Shown here piece by piece: positions 56,405-64,000 of a DNA stretch of 64,000 bases. Origin of the DNA: Candidatus Melainabacteria bacterium 17Bon1m (GTDB lineage: Bacteria; Cyanobacteriota; Vampirovibrionia; Obscuribacterales; Obscuribacteraceae). Under the pieces are notes generated by a model. It saw only the letters and a list, made by a program, of their open reading frames with translations, had not been told where the DNA came from and made no database searches. Made by a program: the position numbers and the translations under genes. Every line of letters starts with the position of its first letter. Position 1 is the stretch's first letter. The stretch is from assembly GCA_032128875.1 (NCBI GenBank), contig JAVLKG010000010.1, positions 128,001 to 192,000 on the forward strand. Direction: 5' to 3'.

Positions 56405-59400
56405 TTAATCGATTGGTTTACCTAGAAATCGACTGCAATAACCCTTCCAATTGGAATTCAGGTCATTGACGGCAAGTTCACGCGCCGCTTGAGGCGGCAA
56501 ATCGATTCGTACCGAGCGTTTGCGCCCATCCTGAGTGAACTCATTGCGCATGGATACATCATCATAAATTTCATACGAAACAACCGGCTCCCAGCCGTTT
56601 CCTCGGGATACTTCCAGTTGGCAAACGACACCCTGCCCATCGCACTTAACAATGCGGCATTCGTCATTTAGCTGGTCCATGGTGTGATTGCCTGTCGTGA
56701 ATCGAGTCGGCGCATCCTCGTCGGCAACAGGTGGCTGTACGAAGACTGTTTTCGCATCTTCGAGCGAGGTGCTTACACCGCCTGATTGCGCGTGATGAGC
56801 TTGAACGGGTTGCGCTTGAACCGGTTGCGCTTGAACCGGCTGTGCTTGCTGCAACCGCACGGTATCTTGGTACGAACGATCTTGAGCCACTTCACGCGCA
56901 GCGGGTCGCACATTAGTGTCACCGCCTTCGCCGCCATCCCCACCGCAAACAGGTGCAAAAGCCGCCCCACAAGCGGGACAAATTGTTGCGCTGTTAACGG
57001 TCATACGACCACAGCCTTCGCATAGCTTGGTAGCAACTTCAGTTACTACCCCAGCAGTTCTGACACCACCAGTAGTGAGCACCGCATTTGGTGCACCAGC
57101 CAACTGAGCACGGTAGCCTTCCACATCAACATTGCTAGGTATCATGAGAATCGCACCGCGAGTCAAGGTTGCAACTGGAGCCCCCTTGCTATCGGTCTCT
57201 GTGGATATTCCGTTTACCTCTGCAAGCAGCTTCCAGAGATTGACGTCTTGCAATGCCGGGTGCTTCATCGCGACAGATTTGAGGCTGTCGCCCAGTCTAG
57301 CTATATACTTGATCCTGCCGTCAGCAGGCTTTGCCCGGCCTATCGGCCCCAGCAAGCTTTCGATATTGGCTCTCTTCTTCTGCGCGGCTTCCATAGCTGA
57401 TGCCGCCAGGGCCGCAGTCACTTCCGCCGATGTCGCTGGTTGAGAGCCAGGAACGGTTGCAGGTCCACCAGTTAGTCCGGGTACGACTGTCGCAGCTCCG
57501 CCGGTTGCAGGTGCACCGGTCGCGGGTCCGCCTGATCCTGTCTTGTTGCCTGACCAACCTGCGCCAAAGCGGGCAATAAGCTCTTCGTCGGCAGTCATTT
57601 TCTTGTCCGGCGTACCAGATGCTCTGGCGCCCGCCACACCGCCTTTCCTGAACTCTTCAATTTCAGTGGTCGACGGCAACCAGATAATCATCTTCGGCTT
57701 GAGATCCGGCACTTGTTTGCCGTTCTCGACACGCAGCAGGATGACTTCTTTGTTGATCTCGTAAATGAGCGGAGAAAGTTTGACATCGCGCAACTGAGTT
57801 GTGGCAATGCTTTGCAGAGTATCCTTTTCGCGCACGATGTAGCGACGGCGTTTTTCCCTGTCGCGCTGTTTGTCCTTCTCGTCTGACTTTTCCTTTTCCT
57901 TCTGCTCCTGCTCCAATTGCTTGCGTTTCTTCTCCGCCAGCGCAGCGAGCATAAGAGCATCGAGACGAGCCTTTTCTTCGCGCTTATGTTGGTCTTCCTT
58001 CTCGCGCTTCTCTTTCTCTTCTTCTTCCTTTTTCTCGCGCTTGGCTTTCTCGTCGAGGAATTTCTCGTCTTTTCTATCTAAGGGATTGAGAGCATCCGGG
58101 CGATCAGATTTTGCCTCAACTGTCTTGGAGCCAGGCAATGCGATGTCCTGTTGTCTCTGCGCTTGGATGGCATCAGGCTTGGCGATATTTGCTTCGGGCT
58201 TGCCTTCAGCTTTGACCAGGTCCGGTTTGACTTCAGGGCGATTAGAAATATCCATGCGTGCAGCGTTTTGCGCGGCCGCTTGAGCGGCATCCATGCGCGC
58301 CTGCGGTCCTTCAAAACGAGCGCCAGGACCAATTTCACGCCCAGCTTGCTGACCCTCCTGACCAGTTGGTCTGGTCGCCTGCTGAACGGGATCTTTTCCG
58401 GCTCTGAGATCGAGCATCTGACGAATCGCCATCTCTTGTGCCGGGGTGATTCTTGCCACCAGCGCCATTGCGTCTGCTCTCTCGTTCATCTGACGATTGA
58501 TGCCGTTTTGCTCCATTGCTGCAAGGCGTTCGCCTGGACGAGTAGGGTCGAGCTTTCTACCAAGAATGTCTTCGATCCTGAGTGCATTCTTGGAGCCGTC
58601 TACACCAAGCTGTTTATTGACGTCGCCCAGCATTTTGGTCAGGTCACTGAGCAAGCGCTGAGTATCTTTCGCGCTCAAAGTTTGATTGTTGATCGCATCC
58701 TTACTTCCCTTCATGAAGTCGTACAGGCGCTCCGTCGGGTTTTTCATACCATCGGACAAGCCCATCAGCTCTTTGACTCGAGCAGGATTGAACTTGCCGT
58801 CAGTCGAGCCCTCCGTCAAGAATTTGGTCAGGCGATCTGCTTTAGAAGGATCAAGGCCTTTAAAGATATCTTCTACTCTTTGGCCTTTAGTCATCTCGAG
58901 GCGCTTCATCGCGTCGGAAAGAAACTCGCGTGTCGCCTTGTCATTCATGTCAAAACCAGGAATTCCTTTCTGGTTCTGTCCACCTTTTATTGCATCGAGA
59001 GCGCGACTGGCTTGGTCGCCACCATCCTGACGCCCACGCATAGTGAGGTCACCGCCTCTGCCATCTTTATCGCGCGCCTCGGCCCATTTCTGTTGAAATT
59101 GAGCCAGCATTTCGGGATTGTTTTTGAATTTGTTTTCCCAGTTAGGTGGAAACGGCTGATCTTTGGGTTGACCCTTGAGCTCTTGAAGTTTTGCCCATTC
59201 AGCCTGGCGTTGGCCAATATCGAATCCGGGACGCGCTTCACCAGACTTGAGCCCAGGGGGATTGAATTGTTCGCTGCGCTCAACCATTCCTTTTATAAAG
59301 TCTGGGTTGTTGCGCGGATTGCGATCTCCACCTTCAATTGGATTGTGACGCGGATTGCGATCGCCACCATCTATTGGATTGCCGCCCGGCAATTTGACGT

Positions 59401-60565
59401 CCGCTACTTTGACGTCGGCTGGTTTGAAATCGGGGCCTTTGATATCGCGCACCTGCTCCGGCTTTGGAGTAAAGCGCGCTTGCAATTGCTCAGGATTGAA
59501 AGTCCCGTTATTTTCTCGCAATGCCAGCTTGGTCGAATTTGCGACCAGGCTTGCGCCTTCCGGGAACGCGCTTTGCAGTCCCCGTGCGGCTTCCTGGCGA
59601 ACCTTCGGGTCAACGCCTTTTGCCAACGAATCAGCGTATGTTTGAGCTGCTTGTCTCTGGTTTTCAGTCCACTGAGCTACAGGCGGAACAACAGCTTCAT
59701 TGCGGCGGCCGGGAACTGTATCGCGATCCTTACCTGTTCTTGGATCCGTAAGTGCGGCTGGTTGATCAGTCACGGCAGCAACCTTGCGCTCTGGAACTGC
59801 CGCAACAACAGGTCGTTCTCCGCCAGAAGTCGTTTGAACCGGTGCTTCGAGTCCGTTTGCTTTTCGCTGTTCTCTCCAGAAACTGTCTCTCTGATTTGCC
59901 GGCAACGCAGCAGCCTGTTCTGCGAGTTGTCTATATTGCTGCTGACCGACTTTCTCTCGCAGCTCATTCCTCTCAGAACCAGTGACACGCTTATCCGGCT
60001 GAATCGTTGGTTCGCCTTCAGTACGCTGACGCTTATTGCCTGGTTGAGGATCTGCAGAGCCGTCCGTGACAGTGCGTCGATTGGTAACACCTGCAGGTTG
60101 ATCGACCACGGGATCTGCCGTTCTGCGCCCATTTGTCGAAGTCGGATTATCGACGGTAGCACCGCGTGGCGTAGCCAAATTTACTTCCGGAGGCCGCACA
60201 CCATCTTTCGGTATACCAACCAGTCGAGGCGCCTCACCCTCACGACGCGGAGGGTCGATTCGATACTGTTGACCGTCTGTGGTAAAACCGAAAACCTGGT
60301 TACCCTTTACTACAGTATTGAGCTTGAGCTGCGTTCCGTCAGCCTGAGTGAAAGTCTTTTCAGTCACCTGTCCGGGCGCACGGTCGTTAAGTTGAATAGT
60401 CTTCGGTCGCTCGTCGAGTTGAGCACGAAACTGATCATGAGCCTCAAGAGGCTGCCCACCAGGAGCATCACCACCGGGATTTTGCTCGATTGGAGTTGTA
60501 GGCTTGACCAGCGTATCGACTTTTTCTTCGGCAGGTTGAGTCGTCTGGCGTGGCAACTGATTCAT
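56405..60565 (-). CDS. Large protein with two LysM-like domains, Zn ribbon and conserved C-tail (paralog of the 3987-aa protein C-terminus)
   Basis: 1386 aa; YIVREKDTLQSIA, YIARLGDSLKSVAMKHP, CEGC..CPAC, IDLPPQAARELAVNDLNSNWKGYCSRFL. Confidence 0.88.
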   Translation of the reverse strand: MNQLPRQTTQPAEEKVDTLVKPTTPIEQNPGGDAPGGQPLEAHDQFRAQLDERPKTIQLNDRAPGQVTEKTFTQADGTQLKLNTVVKGNQVFGFTTDGQQYRIDPPRREGEAPRLVGIPKDGVRPPEVNLATPRGATVDNPTSTNGRRTADPVVDQPAGVTNRRTVTDGSADPQPGNKRQRTEGEPTIQPDKRVTGSERNELREKVGQQQYRQLAEQAAALPANQRDSFWREQRKANGLEAPVQTTSGGERPVVAAVPERKVAAVTDQPAALTDPRTGKDRDTVPGRRNEAVVPPVAQWTENQRQAAQTYADSLAKGVDPKVRQEAARGLQSAFPEGASLVANSTKLALRENNGTFNPEQLQARFTPKPEQVRDIKGPDFKPADVKVADVKLPGGNPIDGGDRNPRHNPIEGGDRNPRNNPDFIKGMVERSEQFNPPGLKSGEARPGFDIGQRQAEWAKLQELKGQPKDQPFPPNWENKFKNNPEMLAQFQQKWAEARDKDGRGGDLTMRGRQDGGDQASRALDAIKGGQNQKGIPGFDMNDKATREFLSDAMKRLEMTKGQRVEDIFKGLDPSKADRLTKFLTEGSTDGKFNPARVKELMGLSDGMKNPTERLYDFMKGSKDAINNQTLSAKDTQRLLSDLTKMLGDVNKQLGVDGSKNALRIEDILGRKLDPTRPGERLAAMEQNGINRQMNERADAMALVARITPAQEMAIRQMLDLRAGKDPVQQATRPTGQEGQQAGREIGPGARFEGPQARMDAAQAAAQNAARMDISNRPEVKPDLVKAEGKPEANIAKPDAIQAQRQQDIALPGSKTVEAKSDRPDALNPLDRKDEKFLDEKAKREKKEEEEKEKREKEDQHKREEKARLDALMLAALAEKKRKQLEQEQKEKEKSDEKDKQRDREKRRRYIVREKDTLQSIATTQLRDVKLSPLIYEINKEVILLRVENGKQVPDLKPKMIIWLPSTTEIEEFRKGGVAGARASGTPDKKMTADEELIARFGAGWSGNKTGSGGPATGAPATGGAATVVPGLTGGPATVPGSQPATSAEVTAALAASAMEAAQKKRANIESLLGPIGRAKPADGRIKYIARLGDSLKSVAMKHPALQDVNLWKLLAEVNGISTETDSKGAPVATLTRGAILMIPSNVDVEGYRAQLAGAPNAVLTTGGVRTAGVVTEVATKLCEGCGRMTVNSATICPACGAAFAPVCGGDGGEGGDTNVRPAAREVAQDRSYQDTVRLQQAQPVQAQPVQAQPVQAHHAQSGGVSTSLEDAKTVFVQPPVADEDAPTRFTTGNHTMDQLNDECRIVKCDGQGVVCQLEVSRGNGWEPVVSYEIYDDVSMRNEFTQDGRKRSVRIDLPPQAARELAVNDLNSNWKGYCSRFLGKPID

Positions 60566-60925
60566 TCAGCTTCCCCTTGGCGGAAATGATAAGGAGGTCT
60601 TGGACTCCATCCCTTTGGCTTATATGACTAGCTTAGTAAGTTGGCCTGCGGACGCGTCCGGCAAAAGGCCGGGCGCCTTAATAATAAGTCTGCCTATTTG
60701 GGTTGTCAACAATTCGACACACCCGCCACATTTAATCTTTGCCGGTGTCTAGGGTCGATGCTGTCAAGGATAGATATCAACAAGGCTGGTTCGATTTTCT
60801 AGGCAAGCAATGCACCCAATGAATTTTATGCTCATTGTTGTCGGCTTTTCATCCGACGTTATTGCTCGTTTTCATAACTAGAACCAAAAGACGTTACTCC
60901 AACACCCAGGAAAACGGCAATTAGT

Positions 60926-63900
60926 ATGGATTCTGTCCTTTCAAGCAACACAAATGAGCAAGTAGTCGGCAAAAACGGCCAAGGCTCTCCTGAAAATCCA
61001 GATAAAGAACACGATGGTGACTTCGACGAAAGTCATCAGCGTTTGCTCTTTGGAGGAACGAGCGCGCCCGCTGGCGATGCGCAAAATGAAAGTACAATTG
61101 CCGCAGCACCCAAACCAGGGCAACCAGTATCGCGCGCACGCGAAAGCACAGACGATCTCAATCTTGTTGCAATTTCCGGAATTACAGCAAACGGAAAAGC
61201 AGACGTCAAACCTATTACGCCTACATACGAAGTCAGCCCTTCCAATCCCTTACCGGCCCTGGCAAAGACTGGTGTTGCCACCACTGTCAGTTTGCAAACA
61301 CCAACCACTGATAATGCTGTTCCATCCGGACGCCGCTCGGGCGCCACAGACAAAATTGCCGTTCAACTTACTGAAGATGCGACTCCAAAACCAATTATTT
61401 CTCAGGAAATCAGACTGGACCAATTGGATAAGGATACAAAACACAGAGTTGTCGCCGCCAGCGTCAACAGCTTGTTCGAGCGGCTTGGACAGCCGGTTCC
61501 GACGGGACAAGGCGACGACAATGCAAGACCGATCGTATCTCCTGCCACCGCTTCCAGAAAGGCAAATGGTAGCGGCGACGCTCAAGTGTTCAGCTCAAAT
61601 TCTCCAGCAACAATTGCGTCCGGACAAGCAGAAGCAAGGCTGCCAATCAATCAACCAGTCAGTTCAACCAAAGCCGCTCTGGATAGTTTAATACCAGCAA
61701 AACCAGCCGTAGAAGTGAAAGAAATAAACGCACCGGCGAGTCGTATCACTACTGATGTACGCGCGACCGGCAATGTAATTCAATCACCATTGTCAGAACC
61801 GATTAGCACCACCGCCGGTGCGCGAGTAAAATCCATCGCAGAACCAACAGGTGACAATTGTCCCGTACTGCCAAGGGTAATTGGTAGGCAAATTGTCGAA
61901 AACACAGGTACTCAGCTCCCTCCAGGAACTATTGCCGGAGACCTGGTTGGCGTGAACAGAGCGGCCACCAGCAATCGTGCCTTGATTCCTGACCAGCCGT
62001 TAACTGCTCCTAAATATCCCACACCGGTCGAAACTTCCATCGCACGCGCCAAATCAATCGACACATATGCTGGCGTTCCAACTCCCGCCGTGCCGGATTT
62101 GACAGGACAACGTCCGGCAGGAACAACAACGCCTGAAAAACTGATTGGAGACAACAGACTTCCAGTGGTCAAACCAACAGGCGTGATTAATGAAACTGGC
62201 GTTCTTCCCACAGTGATCAGCGGAAAAGATGGCGCTGTAATAGTACCTAGCCCAGCAGGCGAAAGAGATGTTCGTCGCAATGTGCTAAACATCTTGCCTG
62301 CCGTAACAGAACAAGTTGCCGTACAACTGGCTCCGCAAGTCAAAGCGGGTCTAAGAACCAATGCAGATGGAACACCAGTAAAAGTTGAAGGACCGTTGCC
62401 AATGCCCGTACCGGGTCCTTCCAACAAAATCGAAGCTCCGCAGACGGCACAGCCGGCCGCAAGAGTGGACATTCCGCTGCCCGGAGTAGAAATCAAAGTT
62501 GTCGGCTCGACAGTGACGATTACTGGTCCAAAATCGGAAGTCCAGCCTATTTTGCAAAATCCAGCGACTGCAAAACCTGAAGTCACAGGAAGAGTTCAGG
62601 ACGGGATCAAACCAGCGTCTCCCCTCGAAACCGTCAACCAAACCGTTGGAACTACGGCTGCTCGCGTAATTTTGCAAAATGCCGAACAGCTCTTGCAACC
62701 AAACAACAGCTTGCCGCGCACAGAAATACCGGCCAATGTAGTGCGCAACGGAGACCAGATCAACCCGCCAAGCACGCCTGGTGCTCGCCATGGCGAACTG
62801 CCAACTGGAGTAAAGACACCAGACGGCACAGTGGTCGACAGAACAGGCAAACCAATTGAGCCCGGAGCAACTACCGACAGAACCGGCGCAAAAATCTCCG
62901 ACAATCCTAACGCTACGCCTGGCACTACCAATGGTGCAATACAAGGAACTATCCCTGGAGCCGACAGAGGCTTGCCGACTGACAAATCATTGCCACGAGC
63001 TACTGATCCAACTATTGCAACTGACAAAGGAATTCCGAAAGCAGTTGACGGACGTCCTGGAGATGTCGCTCGCAGTGGAGAGCAAACTGTCCCTGGTGTT
63101 CGCAGTGGTGAGCAGGCTGTACCTGGTGCCCGCAATGGAGAACAAGCTGTTCCCGGTGCTCGCAACGGAGAGCAAACCGCCCCCGGTGCTCGCAATGGAG
63201 AACAAACCGCTCCTGGCGCTCGCAACGGAGAACAAACCACACCTGGCGCTCGCAGCAGCGAATCCACTCGCACCGCTGACGGTACCGTCAAAACTTCCAG
63301 CGAAGCGATGGCTCGCAAAGATGATAGCGCTTTCAAGACAGCCGATGCTATGCCCAAGCCAGTCGAAAGCGGCATGAAGTCCGGCGAATCAAACACCCGT
63401 GTTGTTGAATCGACATCTAAGGTTTCAGAGTCTGGCTCAAAAGTAGTAGCCGATGTACAAGTCAAAGCAAACGGAGAAGCTGTTGCCACTAACAAGCCTA
63501 TCGAACTGGCAGGTAAAGTAGCCAGCGAAATCGCATCCGCTCAAAAAGTTCAGGATGGTCAAGTAAAGTCGGCAGACGTTGTATTGAAAGGCACCGATGT
63601 TGCAGGTCGCAGCATTGAAGCAAACATCAAAGCGCAAGACCTCAGTGCAAACAACGGGCAGCCGATTTTAAACGACAAAAATGTCAGACTTTCAGATGTA
63701 ATCGTCAGAGCGGCTGAGCAAGCGATTATCAAAGGCGCAGAAATCAACCAAACTGCAAAACTTGACTCTAATGTAAGAGTTTCCGAACAAAACGTTCAAA
63801 ACTCGCATCTCGCACAAAACCTGCAAAATCTCCAAAACATTCAGAATGTTCAAAACGTAAATCCAGTAATTGCGAATCAACAGCAAAACAAGAACGACGT

Positions 63901-64000
63901 TGTCCGCAACGATGCAAATGCTCCTAAAGCCACAGACCAGAATCAAATTGTTCAAAATCAACTCGGTCTTCAAAACCAGATCGCGCAAAACAACATCGGA
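60926..64000 (+). CDS. Large low-complexity repeat protein, 3' end outside window (>1025 aa)
   Basis: Not in the ORF track. ATG 60926 gives MDSVLSSNTNEQVVGKNGQGSPENPDKEH...; the same frame was open in every segment I translated and ends ...LGLQNQIAQNNIG at the window edge. Confidence 0.85.
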   Translation, partial: MDSVLSSNTNEQVVGKNGQGSPENPDKEHDGDFDESHQRLLFGGTSAPAGDAQNESTIAAAPKPGQPVSRARESTDDLNLVAISGITANGKADVKPITPTYEVSPSNPLPALAKTGVATTVSLQTPTTDNAVPSGRRSGATDKIAVQLTEDATPKPIISQEIRLDQLDKDTKHRVVAASVNSLFERLGQPVPTGQGDDNARPIVSPATASRKANGSGDAQVFSSNSPATIASGQAEARLPINQPVSSTKAALDSLIPAKPAVEVKEINAPASRITTDVRATGNVIQSPLSEPISTTAGARVKSIAEPTGDNCPVLPRVIGRQIVENTGTQLPPGTIAGDLVGVNRAATSNRALIPDQPLTAPKYPTPVETSIARAKSIDTYAGVPTPAVPDLTGQRPAGTTTPEKLIGDNRLPVVKPTGVINETGVLPTVISGKDGAVIVPSPAGERDVRRNVLNILPAVTEQVAVQLAPQVKAGLRTNADGTPVKVEGPLPMPVPGPSNKIEAPQTAQPAARVDIPLPGVEIKVVGSTVTITGPKSEVQPILQNPATAKPEVTGRVQDGIKPASPLETVNQTVGTTAARVILQNAEQLLQPNNSLPRTEIPANVVRNGDQINPPSTPGARHGELPTGVKTPDGTVVDRTGKPIEPGATTDRTGAKISDNPNATPGTTNGAIQGTIPGADRGLPTDKSLPRATDPTIATDKGIPKAVDGRPGDVARSGEQTVPGVRSGEQAVPGARNGEQAVPGARNGEQTAPGARNGEQTAPGARNGEQTTPGARSSESTRTADGTVKTSSEAMARKDDSAFKTADAMPKPVESGMKSGESNTRVVESTSKVSESGSKVVADVQVKANGEAVATNKPIELAGKVASEIASAQKVQDGQVKSADVVLKGTDVAGRSIEANIKAQDLSANNGQPILNDKNVRLSDVIVRAAEQAIIKGAEINQTAKLDSNVRVSEQNVQNSHLAQNLQNLQNIQNVQNVNPVIANQQQNKNDVVRNDANAPKATDQNQIVQNQLGLQNQIAQNNIG
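63068..63256 (+). repeat. Intragenic 30-bp tandem repeat (ARNGEQxxPG x6)
   Basis: GCTCGCAA(T/C)GGAGA(A/G)CAA...CC(T/C)GG(T/C) units, in frame. Confidence 0.9.

Noticed and set aside
58151-60589. 812-aa + strand ORF
   Set aside because: Antisense shadow of the 1386-aa gene; no recognisable motifs and atypical composition.
1-64000. Selenoprotein (in-frame UGA) candidates given selA
   Set aside because: No gene in the window appears truncated at a UGA aligned to a catalytic Cys.

Overview
Core chromosomal region followed by a large uncharacterised locus. 2.7-21.1 kb (minus strand) holds the S10-spc-alpha ribosomal protein supercluster: rpsJ through rplO, secY-adk-map-infA-rpmJ-rpsM-rpsK-rpoA-rplQ (no rpsD), then truA-rplM-rpsI. 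A multi-hairpin leader precedes it. A four-gene Tad pseudopilin/vWA cassette on the + strand separates rpsJ from a tRNA-Thr/Tyr/Thr-tuf unit. Next come rlmB, a small HTH protein, selA and an acyltransferase-3. From 32.8 kb to the end lie a Pro-rich coiled-coil protein, a membrane-anchored VirD4/TraD-like ATPase with degenerate catalytic motifs, a HerA/FtsK-superfamily ATPase and a small partner gene. Three giant signal-peptide-less repeat proteins follow. The two complete ones (3987 and 1386 aa) share a C-terminal LysM-LysM-Zn ribbon-conserved-tail cassette on unrelated N-termini. This ATPase pair plus giant-protein cluster is the best candidate for an undescribed export or surface-assembly system. 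REP-like palindromes occur in several intergenic spacers. Gene order and protein style suggest a non-photosynthetic Cyanobacteriota relative (Melainabacteria/Vampirovibrionia, e.g. Obscuribacterales); this is an inference and was not tested.
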